NCBI GenBank assembly: GCA_030038215.1
Contig: JASHPI010000100.1
Coordinates: 1 to 52,496 of the forward strand
From: Vulcanimicrobiota bacterium
Lineage (GTDB): Bacteria > Vulcanimicrobiota > Vulcanimicrobiia > Vulcanimicrobiales > Vulcanimicrobiaceae
DNA length: 52,496 bases
Direction of reading: 5' to 3'
Shown: in pieces, positions 39,220 through 48,047 of the stretch
Layout: each line of letters begins with the position of its first letter
Position numbering within the stretch: the first letter of the stretch is position 1
Position numbers and translations under genes: made by a program
Notes under the pieces: model-generated
What the model was told of the DNA's origin: nothing
Seen by the model: only the letters and a program-made list of their open reading frames with translations
Databases searched by the model: none

Positions 39220-40893
39220 GTGGTCGCCCACATTGGTCGCCGGCGGTCGCGCATTTCGGCATCCGCAGGTTCTGGCTTGACAGTGCGTTCGTTTCCGGTT
39301 TGGTCATCGGCTCTTCTCGCCGCGTTTGTTAGCGCGACGGTGGGTTGTGCCGGCGGGATGCAGGGCGTCAACCCGAATCTCTCGACGCCGGACGCGGCGA
39401 TCGCCGCGCCACGCCCGTTGGCGACGGTAGCGCCGCGCGAGCTTCGTCTATGCTCGCCGGCCGGCACGTGCGGAGCAACGGACTGGGATTCGTTCGGCTT
39501 CGATCTCCAGCGGACCGGCTACAATCCGATCGAGTCGGTCGTCGGCGCCGGCAACGTGAGCACCCTGGAGCGGCGCTGGAGCTTCGACGTCGACTCCGGG
39601 GTGGTTCACGAGCCGGTTTTTGCGCAGGGCGTCCGCGTGCACGGACAGCTGACCGACATCTTGTATGCGGGCTCCGCGTACGGGTCGGCGATATATGCGA
39701 TCGACACCAGCACCGGGACGATGGTGTGGAAGCACCGGGTTGCGCACTCGAGCTACAGTTGCGGACCGGGTAAATCGCGCTTTTCCATCGGTGAGACGCC
39801 GGCCATCGATCGCGGGAAGAACCTGCTCTATTTCAATGATGGGCACAATGGCGTGCATGCCGTCGATCTGAGCACGGGGAAAGAGGCAAAAGGCTGGCCT
39901 TTGACGATCGCCGACTACACGCCCGATCACAACTTCATGCACGGCGGCTTCACGTACAATCCCGCGAACGGGCTGCTCTATGCCGTGACCAGCTCGACGT
40001 GCGACATCTCTCCATGGTACGGGCGCATCGTCGCCATCGACACGAAGGTACCCAGCGTTGCCGGCAAATTCTATCCGATGAGCGGCACTGCCAGCCAAGG
40101 CCCGAGCGGCGGCGGCGTTTGGGGACCCGGCGGAGCCTCGATCGATCCGGTCACCAACAATGTGTTCATCGCCACCGGTAATGCGGATACGAGCAAAGGA
40201 GTTCCGCAGAATTCCGCCTACGCCGAGCAAGTCATCGAGCTTTCTCCGCGCCTCGGGGCGGTTCTCGCGAACGATTATCCGGCGAACATCCCGAGAATTC
40301 AGGGCGACAACGACTTCGACTTCGGTGCGACCCCGTTGCTCTTCCAGCCGCTTGGGTGCCCGCCGCTGCTGGCGGCGATCAACAAATCGGGAATGTTCGA
40401 GCTGTACGATCGCGCGTCGATCAGCTTGGGTCCGATTCAATACATACCAATGTCCATCCCGACCGACGACGGAGACTTTATCGGTGTCCCCGCCTTCGAC
40501 CCGCAGACCGGTTACGTCTACGTAGGATTGCCTACGGCGGAGGGGATTTACCAGCCCGGCATGGCGGCCTTTACCATGCAAACGAACTGCACCCTGAATC
40601 CCACTCCGGTCTGGAGCGCGGACTTCGGGCCGGCCGGTTCCGGCGACGGCAATCAGACGCCGCGTTCGCCGATCTCGATTGCGAACGGCGTCGTCTACGT
40701 CAGCAGCTACAGCGGCGATACCGAGTACGCGTTCGACGCGGCGACGGGCACACAGCTATGGAGCGTGCCGCTGCCGAGCCTGGGAGATGTCGGCACGGTG
40801 ATCGCGGACGGCATCGTTTACGTCGGGGCGGGAGGAGGAGACATTACGGCTTGGACGCTGCCGTCAGCTCGCACGCGCGTCCGGAAATGGTAG
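39220..40893 (+). CDS. Lipoprotein with PQQ-like (BamB-like) beta-propeller repeats
   Basis: The lipobox is FVSATVGCAGG; TTG 39277 or GTG 39283 are likely true starts. Repeated blades are present (YAGSAYGSAIYAIDTSTGTMVWK, LYFNDGHNGVHAVDLSTGKE, VYVSSYSGDTEYAFDAATGTQLW, VYVGAGGGDITAW). Confidence 0.8.
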   Translation: MVAHIGRRRSRISASAGSGLTVRSFPVWSSALLAAFVSATVGCAGGMQGVNPNLSTPDAAIAAPRPLATVAPRELRLCSPAGTCGATDWDSFGFDLQRTGYNPIESVVGAGNVSTLERRWSFDVDSGVVHEPVFAQGVRVHGQLTDILYAGSAYGSAIYAIDTSTGTMVWKHRVAHSSYSCGPGKSRFSIGETPAIDRGKNLLYFNDGHNGVHAVDLSTGKEAKGWPLTIADYTPDHNFMHGGFTYNPANGLLYAVTSSTCDISPWYGRIVAIDTKVPSVAGKFYPMSGTASQGPSGGGVWGPGGASIDPVTNNVFIATGNADTSKGVPQNSAYAEQVIELSPRLGAVLANDYPANIPRIQGDNDFDFGATPLLFQPLGCPPLLAAINKSGMFELYDRASISLGPIQYIPMSIPTDDGDFIGVPAFDPQTGYVYVGLPTAEGIYQPGMAAFTMQTNCTLNPTPVWSADFGPAGSGDGNQTPRSPISIANGVVYVSSYSGDTEYAFDAATGTQLWSVPLPSLGDVGTVIADGIVYVGAGGGDITAWTLPSARTRVRKW

Positions 40894-40908
40894 AGCACGG
40901 CCGCAAAA

Positions 40909-42102
40909 CTAGAAAGGCGGGATCGTGACCCTCACGGCCGTTGGGTTACTCTCGAAAATGAACGAGCTGAACTCGTTGCAGTTGTCGTCGAAAGGAAAGC
41001 CGTAAGCCAAGCCGCCGCGACTCTGAGCGTGCATCGCCGCCGAGTAGACGTTGGTCGCGGAGTTTCGGTAGAAATTCTCGGAGCGGCAATACGGTATCTC
41101 GTCGCCGAGCAACAGGGTGGTGCGGTTGAACGCCGCACCGAGCGCGGCCGCGATCTGCCCTTGAACGGAGCACTCTTGCGACGGTGACGGGCCGCAGTTT
41201 CTGGGCGCGAGCGCGCCCGCGCAGGCGAAGACGTCGCGCGTCGCGGGGCGAACGAAGGCGATTGCGGCTTGACCCGGCTGCATGAACACCAGCCGGCCGC
41301 TCTCGTCGACGCGTCCCTCGAACCTCCCATATCCCGGCGCGTCCATCTTCAAGTCGTCGCTGCGATATTTGCTCCATACCGCATCGATGTATGGCTGCAG
41401 GTAGCGCGCGTCGAATACGCCGTTGTCGATTCCGTGAAAGGGCGAGATTGCCCGTCGAATCTCGCCGTCGAACACGATGACGAGCGGGGAAAACACCGGA
41501 TGCTCGCGCAGGCTCGTGAAGATGCGCTCCCGCCCTCCCGGCACGACGCCGACACGCGCAACGCCCGTGCTCCCGCGCAACGCGATCTCGAGCGGGATGC
41601 CGAACATATCTACCATCGTCGTGTTTCCACCCCAACCGTTCTCGTTGTAGGTGAACTCGACCCAATCAAAGAGAATGCGGTAGTTGGGATCCTCGGGCGT
41701 CCAGCCGCTCGGGCTGCCGGGAACGTTCTGGTCGCTCACGGGAAATCCGAGCGGTTCGCCGATCGATACGTAGAGTCGCGCGCCGCCCGGGATCCGCGGG
41801 AGCATCACCTCCATGGCGCGTCTGCGTCCGAGTCGCAGCGAATAGTCGGCGTAACCGCTCGGACCGTTGTCGTGTTGCCGGCACGGCGCCAGTATCCCGT
41901 CCCGGCGCAGATGCACCCAGGTGCCGTTCTGGCCGACTCCGATCACGGCGAAGAATACGTCACGGCTCGGAGGTGCTTGCGTTGCGTCGACCACGGTGAG
42001 CGGAATGCTCGATCGAGTCGTCGATCGAATCAGCCGCGCGCTCGCGCGCGCACCGGTCACCGATGCGGCCGTCACCGCAGCGAGGAACTCCGCTCTCCGC
42101 AC
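40909..42102 (-). CDS. Glycoside hydrolase family 64-like beta-1,3-glucanase, Tat-type signal
   Basis: The 40909..42600 ORF is trimmed to GTG 42102, which has AAGGAG 5-6 nt upstream. The signal is VRRAEFLAAVTAASVTGARASA. The core ARLYVSIGEPLGF...DPNYRILFDWVEFTYNENGWGGNTTMVDMFGIPL...YLQPYIDAVWSKY matches my memory of the GH64/thaumatin-like family. Confidence 0.75.
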   Translation of the reverse strand: MRRAEFLAAVTAASVTGARASARLIRSTTRSSIPLTVVDATQAPPSRDVFFAVIGVGQNGTWVHLRRDGILAPCRQHDNGPSGYADYSLRLGRRRAMEVMLPRIPGGARLYVSIGEPLGFPVSDQNVPGSPSGWTPEDPNYRILFDWVEFTYNENGWGGNTTMVDMFGIPLEIALRGSTGVARVGVVPGGRERIFTSLREHPVFSPLVIVFDGEIRRAISPFHGIDNGVFDARYLQPYIDAVWSKYRSDDLKMDAPGYGRFEGRVDESGRLVFMQPGQAAIAFVRPATRDVFACAGALAPRNCGPSPSQECSVQGQIAAALGAAFNRTTLLLGDEIPYCRSENFYRNSATNVYSAAMHAQSRGGLAYGFPFDDNCNEFSSFIFESNPTAVRVTIPPF

Positions 42103-42153
42103 TCTGCTCCTTTGAAAGATGCTCTTTAGGCAAGCCGGGCGAAGCCCGCATCG

Positions 42154-43071
42154 ATGATGTGGCCGTTGGCTTCTTTGCTTAGTATGGCGCTCCTTTCGCA
42201 GCAAGTCGTTGCCGATGTGCCCGCTCGCACCGTCACGCCCGCGCAGCGATTCGATGCCGGAATCCTGAGTGTCGAGCGCTTCGGGAAACCGGGCGCCGTT
42301 CCGGTCATCTTCATACCGGCGCTCTACTGCGGCGCCTGGCAGTGGAACGGTCAGGTGAGTCTGCTTGCGTCGCGTTACGATATCTACGTCGTGACGCTCC
42401 CGGGCATGGACGGGCGCCCGCGGATTGCACCCGATCGTCTGATGGCGCGCGCGGTAGCGAGCTTGGCGCGCCTGATCGCGGTGCAGCACCTCCACAAGCC
42501 GATCGTCGTCGGGCACAGTCTCGGCGGAACGGTCGCGGTGATGTTCGGCGAGCTGCATTCCGACGAAGCCGGCGGGATCGTTGCCGCCGAGGGCGGTCAT
42601 CCGGTGGCGCCGACGCAGGCTGCGCGCGAGGCCTACGTAGCGCGTGCGGCCGCACCATTTGAGAACGCCGATCCGGCCGGCTTCGATCGAACCATCCGCG
42701 CGACGCTAAGTTTCTTGATCACCAACAGCCGTGACGTCGATGTCGTGGCGCCGCTGGCCGAGCGCAGCGATCCGCGCGCAGTCGCCGACTGGCTGCACGC
42801 GGCGCTGTCACTCGATCTAACGCCCGGTCTGCGCTCGCTCCGGGCGCCGTTTGTCGAGATCGTACCCTACGACGAGTCGGTCGATTCGTATCGCGGCCTT
42901 CCTACGCCGGCTGCGAAACGGCGAGTCTATGCAACGTGGGTTGCGCACGCGCCGGGAGGCTGGGGCGTCGTGATGGTCGAGCGCTCGCGCCACTTCGTCA
43001 TGTTCGACCAGCCGGCGCTCTTCGATCGCATCCTATCGAGCGAGATCGACCGGATGGCCAGCCTGCGTTAA
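42154..43071 (+). CDS. Secreted alpha/beta-fold hydrolase
   Basis: The signal peptide is MMWPLASLLSMALLSQQVVA. Motifs are VIFIPALYCGAWQW and the nucleophile elbow VVGHSLGG. Confidence 0.85.
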   Translation: MMWPLASLLSMALLSQQVVADVPARTVTPAQRFDAGILSVERFGKPGAVPVIFIPALYCGAWQWNGQVSLLASRYDIYVVTLPGMDGRPRIAPDRLMARAVASLARLIAVQHLHKPIVVGHSLGGTVAVMFGELHSDEAGGIVAAEGGHPVAPTQAAREAYVARAAAPFENADPAGFDRTIRATLSFLITNSRDVDVVAPLAERSDPRAVADWLHAALSLDLTPGLRSLRAPFVEIVPYDESVDSYRGLPTPAAKRRVYATWVAHAPGGWGVVMVERSRHFVMFDQPALFDRILSSEIDRMASLR

Positions 43072-43607
43072 GGCGCGTCGGGACGCGGATCCTCTTCGGT
43101 AAAGTTCTCGCGGTTGGGCATTACGACCGACGGCAACGTCCTTGCGTTCATTACGGCATTTTCGGAGACGATGCCGTTCAGGTACAACAGATAGGCGGTC
43201 AGAGCATAGACCTGATCGTTCGTGAGCGTACCAGGCGAGTCAAACGGCATTGCGCGCCGGATGTAGTCGAAGAGCGTCGTCGCGTGCGGCCAGTAGCTGC
43301 CGACGGTTTTAACCGGCTTGGCGGCGGTCAGGCTGCCGGCACCGCCCACCAAACGATCCATCGGACCTCCCGCCCCGCTCGCGCCGTGGCAGGCCGCGCA
43401 GCGCGCCGCGTACAGCAGCTGCCCTTGCGCGACCGCGCCTTGGCCGGCCGGCAGTCCGGCGCCACTCGCCGAGACGTCCACGTTCCAGTTAGTGATTTGA
43501 GCCGCGGTCGGGCTCTGGCCGATTCCCGAGGCCGTCGGACTTGCCGGGAGCATGACCGGGAAAAGTGCGCCGGCGAGCAGCACCGCGACGAGGATCGTCT
43601 TATGCAT
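43068..43607 (-). CDS. Monohaem cytochrome c subunit (SoxD/SorB-like) of the second sulfite dehydrogenase
   Basis: It has a signal peptide, a CAACHG haem motif and a RRAMPFDSPGTLTNDQVYALTAYLL Met-ligand region. It overlaps the upstream Mo-enzyme gene by 8 nt. Confidence 0.85.
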   Translation of the reverse strand: MHKTILVAVLLAGALFPVMLPASPTASGIGQSPTAAQITNWNVDVSASGAGLPAGQGAVAQGQLLYAARCAACHGASGAGGPMDRLVGGAGSLTAAKPVKTVGSYWPHATTLFDYIRRAMPFDSPGTLTNDQVYALTAYLLYLNGIVSENAVMNARTLPSVVMPNRENFTEEDPRPDAP

Positions 43608-44817
43608 GAACGTTCGTCACCGTCCCGTCGGAGGCAACGTGCCAGCTTTGGATCGCGTTGAGGTGATAGACGGAGTTGACGCCGCGCACTCGGACGAGCT
43701 GCGCGAGCGTCGGCTGCACGTATCCGGTCTCGTCGTAGCAGCGGCTTTGTAGGACCGCCTCTTCGCCGCTCCACTTCCAGGGAAAGACGAAGCGCGTCAA
43801 TGCTTTACTCAGAATCGGCTCCTGCAACTGCGCGGCGCTCCAGCGATTTCCGCCGTCGGTCGAAACCTCGACGCGGCGTATGGCGCCGCGGCCGCTCCAA
43901 GCCAGCCCGGAGATCGCGCGCTCGCCGCGCGCGTGAATCTGCATGCCGCCCGACGGCTGCGTGATGACGGATTTTGCCTCCATTACGAAGGTGAACATGC
44001 GTGCTTGGCCGTTCGCGAGCAGATCGGTATACTTCGCCGTCTCTTCGCGGGTGTAGAAAGGAGCGCTTCCGACCTTCAGCCGGCGCAGCCACTTGACGTT
44101 CATGTTGCCCTCGAATCCCGGCAAGATCAGGCGCAGCGGATAGCCTTGCTCGGGTCGCAGCGCCTCGCCGTTCTGCGCGTAGGCTATGATGGCATCGTCC
44201 ATCATCTTTTCCAGTGGAATGCTCCGATCCATCAACGGGGCGTCGGCTCCCTCCGCCAGCACCCACGCCGCGCCGCTCTTCACGCCGACGTCGCGCAGCA
44301 GCGTCGAGACGCTCACGCCGGTCCATTCCGCGCAGCTCAACAAGCCGTGCGTGAGCTGCACCGTCTTACCGGTCGGCTTGCTCCACTCGGTCAGCCCGTT
44401 GCCCGAACACTCCACAAAGTGGATCGCGCTGACCGGCGGGTAGCGCCGCAGATCATCCATCGTGAAGATCGCCGGGTTGTCGACGAGGCCGTGCACCAGC
44501 AGACGGTGCTCGGCCGGGTCGATTTCCGGGACGCCGCCATGGTTACGCTCGAAGAAGAGCCCGTTGGGAGTGATCGTTCCGTGAAGATCCTGCAGCGGGG
44601 TAAAGTCCCAGGAGGAAAATTTCGTCGGCGTGAGCGTGGTCGCGACGCGCACCACGCTGCGTTCGAACGGAGAAGGCGATCCGTATGGCGAGAGCGGCGC
44701 GCCCAGCGCATTTGGGCGGTCGTCGCCGCCATCGGCGGCAGCTCGCGCAAGCTCGCCGGCGGCGAGCGTCGAGCCCGCGGCCAGCGCGACGCTCAAGAAA
44801 CGGCGGCGGTTGGCCAT
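43600..44817 (-). CDS. Sulfite oxidase-family molybdopterin oxidoreductase (SoxC/SorA-like) with a twin-arginine signal
   Basis: The signal is MANRRRFLSVALAAGSTLAAGELARA. The Mo-Cys context is HFVECSGNG. GAGGAG lies 5 nt upstream of the ATG, which itself sits inside the end of the preceding ABC ATPase gene. Confidence 0.9.
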   Translation of the reverse strand: MANRRRFLSVALAAGSTLAAGELARAAADGGDDRPNALGAPLSPYGSPSPFERSVVRVATTLTPTKFSSWDFTPLQDLHGTITPNGLFFERNHGGVPEIDPAEHRLLVHGLVDNPAIFTMDDLRRYPPVSAIHFVECSGNGLTEWSKPTGKTVQLTHGLLSCAEWTGVSVSTLLRDVGVKSGAAWVLAEGADAPLMDRSIPLEKMMDDAIIAYAQNGEALRPEQGYPLRLILPGFEGNMNVKWLRRLKVGSAPFYTREETAKYTDLLANGQARMFTFVMEAKSVITQPSGGMQIHARGERAISGLAWSGRGAIRRVEVSTDGGNRWSAAQLQEPILSKALTRFVFPWKWSGEEAVLQSRCYDETGYVQPTLAQLVRVRGVNSVYHLNAIQSWHVASDGTVTNVHA

Positions 44818-45594
44818 GTGGGCTCCTCAAGCGTCAGCAGCGTCTCCTCGTAAATCTCCCGAAACCGAGCCGAGGCAAGCATCCCGAGTTCGCGCGGTCG
44901 AGGTAAGTCGACGTCGATCGTTCGACGGACGCGCGCCGGTCGCGGTGTCATAATCAGCAAACGATCGGCGAGAAAGATCGCCTCTCGCAGTTCGGAGGTC
45001 ACAAAGAGCGTCGTGCGGGAGTTTGCTTCGAAAAGCTGCAGGTACTGCTCTTGCATGAGCTCGCGCGTCATCGCGTCGAGACCGCGAAACGGCTCGTCCA
45101 AGAGCATCAGCGAGGGCTCGTTGACGATCGCCCGTGCCAGCTCCGCGCGGCGCTGCATCCCGCCCGAGAGCTGGCTGGGGTAGCGATGCGCGAACTCGTC
45201 GAGCCCAACGCCGGCGAGCAGGCCGCGGGCGCGCTCCCGTAACGCTGCATCGGCGCGGCCGCGCCGCGACTGCGGTCCAAACGTGACGTTGTCGAGCACG
45301 GTCATCCACGGGAAGAGCGCCGATTCCTGAAAGACGACGATGCGTTCGGGGCCGGGGCCGCGCACGCGGTTCCCGTCGAGCAGGATCTCGCCCGCGCTCG
45401 GCACTTCATAGCCGGCGATGAGGTTGACCAGCGTCGTCTTCCCGCACCCGGAGGGCCCGAGCATAACGCTGAGCGTTCCGTGGGGTACCGAAAACGAACA
45501 GCCGTCGACCACCGTCACCTCGCCGCCGCCGCCGGTGAAGCGCTTGACGATGCTGCGGACTTGCAGCCCCTGCGCTAGAACGGCTTCGTCCACG
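44793..45594 (-). CDS. ABC transporter ATP-binding protein (NitT/TauT family, SsuB/TauB-like), copy 2
   Basis: The 44793..46274 ORF is trimmed to GTG 45594. Motifs are Walker A GPSGCGKTT, signature LSGGMQRR and Walker B LMLLDEPF. Confidence 0.9.
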
Positions 45595-46402
45595 GCATCG
45601 CGTAGCGGGCAACGAGGCGTACCACTGCGCTCGACGCGTAACCGGCGACGCCGATGCTGAACATGCCCGCGATGATGATCGGGAATGCGCCGGCAACGTA
45701 AGCTTCCCACGTCATATAGCCCAGGCCGCTCTTCCCGGCAATAATCTCCGCAGCGATCAAGACCGACCAAGTAATCCCCATCCCCACGGTCAGACCGGTG
45801 AAGATCGAAGGAAGCGCTCCCGGCAGAATGATGCGCCGGAAAATAATTGCCGGCGTCGCACCGAGCGAGATCGCGGCACGTACGTACCGCTGGTCGATGG
45901 CGCGCACGCCTGCGAGCGTGTTGAGCACCACGGTGAAGAACGCACCGAGGAATATGACGAAGACGATGCTCGACTCCGTCGTCGGCCAGAAAACAATCGA
46001 GAGCGGAACCCACGCGAGCGGCGGAATCGGCCGAAGAATTTCGAAGACCGGAAACGTCAGATAGCGGAACTTGGCTCGCCAGCCCATGAGGAGTCCGAGC
46101 GGGATGCCTACGAGTGCGGCGATGAGAAAGCCGGCCGAGACGCGTTCGAGGCTGACTAGCCAGTCGACATAGTAACGCGCTTCGTGCAGCAACTGCCATT
46201 GCGCGCGCGCAACTTCGAGCGGTGCCGGAATCTGCGCGAGGATCGGAACGTGCGCAAGCACGCCGAGCTCCCACAGCGCGAGAAATCCCATGATCCCTGC
46301 CGCGCCGCGCAGCACGCGCACGCTTTCGACGCGCTTGGTGCGCAGGCGCGTGCCGCGCGCGGCACTCACGCGCACCGCCGTCAGCACGCCTTCGAGCCTC
46401 AT
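45575..46402 (-). CDS. ABC transporter permease (NitT/TauT family), copy 2
   Basis: It has six hydrophobic helices. The EAA-like loop is DQRYVRAAISLGATPAIIFRRIILPGALP. It has an ATGA overlap with the upstream ATPase gene. Confidence 0.9.
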   Translation of the reverse strand: MRLEGVLTAVRVSAARGTRLRTKRVESVRVLRGAAGIMGFLALWELGVLAHVPILAQIPAPLEVARAQWQLLHEARYYVDWLVSLERVSAGFLIAALVGIPLGLLMGWRAKFRYLTFPVFEILRPIPPLAWVPLSIVFWPTTESSIVFVIFLGAFFTVVLNTLAGVRAIDQRYVRAAISLGATPAIIFRRIILPGALPSIFTGLTVGMGITWSVLIAAEIIAGKSGLGYMTWEAYVAGAFPIIIAGMFSIGVAGYASSAVVRLVARYAMPWTKPF

Positions 46403-47253
46403 GCCAGCTCGCGCTCCCCTCGGCGCAGCGCCTTCTCGGCCTCCTCGTGCACGACGCCGGTTAGCTGCGCTCGCAGTTCGAGGAACTCCCGACTCGCCGT
46501 CATGAGCGGCGATCGGGGCCGCGGAAGATCGACGTGCAGAACGCGCTTGACCCGCGCCGGCCGCGTCGCGCTGACCACCACGCGGTCGGCAAGGAGAATC
46601 GCCTCGTCGAGGTCGTGCGTGATGAAAAAAATGGTTTTTTGCGTGGATTCGTACAACCGCAGCAGTTCCTCGTGCATCGCACTCTTAGAAATGGCATCGA
46701 GCGCACGGAACGGTTCGTCGAGGAGCAGCGCTTTGGGGTCGTTGATCAGGGCGCGCAGCATCTCGACCCGGCGCTGCACGCCCGAGGAGAGTTTTAGAGG
46801 AAATGCGCGGGCGACGTCCGCCAAGCCGACGCGCTCCAGGAGCGCGTGCGCCGCGCGCAGCGCCTGCTCGTGCGACATGCGGCGTTGAACGATCGGTCCG
46901 TAGGCGATGTTGTCCACGACGTTTTTCCACGGAAACAACGCGCCGTTCTGAAAGACCACGACGCGGTCGGCGCCCGGAGGGGCTAAATAGCCGGCCGAAG
47001 CGATCGTCGTTCCGTCCAGCGCAATTTCTCCGGCCGTAATCGGATCGAAACCCGCAATGGCGTTGAGGAGCGTCGTCTTGCCGCAGCCCGAGGGACCGAC
47101 GACCGCGAGGAACTCTCCCGGCGCGATCTCAAGCGTCCAATCGGCGATCGCTTCGACGGCGCCGGCGCTGGAAGCATAGACTTTTCGGACGCTGCGCAGC
47201 GAGATCGCGCCCGCGCCGGCCGTGCGCGCCTCAGCCTTTAGGAGAACTGCCAC
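46399..47253 (-). CDS. ABC transporter ATP-binding protein (NitT/TauT family), copy 1
   Basis: The start is GTG 47253. Motifs are GPSGCGKTT, LSSGVQRR and LLLDEPF. Confidence 0.9.
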   Translation of the reverse strand: MAVLLKAEARTAGAGAISLRSVRKVYASSAGAVEAIADWTLEIAPGEFLAVVGPSGCGKTTLLNAIAGFDPITAGEIALDGTTIASAGYLAPPGADRVVVFQNGALFPWKNVVDNIAYGPIVQRRMSHEQALRAAHALLERVGLADVARAFPLKLSSGVQRRVEMLRALINDPKALLLDEPFRALDAISKSAMHEELLRLYESTQKTIFFITHDLDEAILLADRVVVSATRPARVKRVLHVDLPRPRSPLMTASREFLELRAQLTGVVHEEAEKALRRGERELA

Positions 47254-48047
47254 GCCGTCAACCGCTCGCCGAGCCAGCGCACGAGGGCGCTGGATAAGAA
47301 GCCGACGAGGCCGAGCGTAACCATGCCGATCACGATCGTCGTCGTCTGAAGATCCATGTACGCGCTAAGGATCATGTAACCCAGGCCGGCCTGACCGGCA
47401 ATCATCTCTCCTGCGACGAGCGAGAACCAGGCTACGCCCATCGCGATCTGAAGACCGGTAAAGACATAGGGCAACGCGGCGGGAACGACGACGTGCCTGA
47501 GCACGTCCTGGGGGCGCGAGCCCAGGCAGTACGCGGCCCGCACGTAGGCGGGGTCGATCGACGTAACGCCGAGCATCGTGTTGAGCACGGTCGCAAAGAA
47601 TGCCGCGATCCAAGTGAGGAAAATCATGGCGGCTTCCTGATTGGCAAGCATCAACACCGCCAGCGGAACCCAGGCCAGCGGAGGGATCGGCCGGATGAGC
47701 TCGAGGAGCGGAAAAAGGAACTCGCGCACGCTGCGGCTCCAGCCGAGCGCAATACCGGTCGGAACGCCGAGCAGCGTCGCGAGAGCAAACGCACAGAAGA
47801 CCCTCACCGTGCTCGTCCAAATGTCTTGGTAGTACGCTGCCGTATAGAGCGAAACGCCGTATTGCGGCCGGCGCGCCGTCCATTCGCGCACGACGGAAAG
47901 CGGATCCGGCAGCTTCGCAAAGCGCCAAACCTCGAAGCGCACGAGCAGATACCACGCCGCCACGAATGCGAGCGCGCCGGCCGCTCCCAGCAGCACCTGC
48001 GAAGATCTCAGCCGGCGGCGCAACGAATGCGAGTCCGGCTCAGCCAC
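47238..48047 (-). CDS. ABC transporter permease (NitT/TauT family), copy 1
   Basis: The 47238..48374 ORF is trimmed to GTG 48047, which has AGGAG upstream. The loop reads DPAYVRAAYCLGSRPQDVLRHVVVPAALP. Confidence 0.85.
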   Translation of the reverse strand: MAEPDSHSLRRRLRSSQVLLGAAGALAFVAAWYLLVRFEVWRFAKLPDPLSVVREWTARRPQYGVSLYTAAYYQDIWTSTVRVFCAFALATLLGVPTGIALGWSRSVREFLFPLLELIRPIPPLAWVPLAVLMLANQEAAMIFLTWIAAFFATVLNTMLGVTSIDPAYVRAAYCLGSRPQDVLRHVVVPAALPYVFTGLQIAMGVAWFSLVAGEMIAGQAGLGYMILSAYMDLQTTTIVIGMVTLGLVGFLSSALVRWLGERLTAWQFS

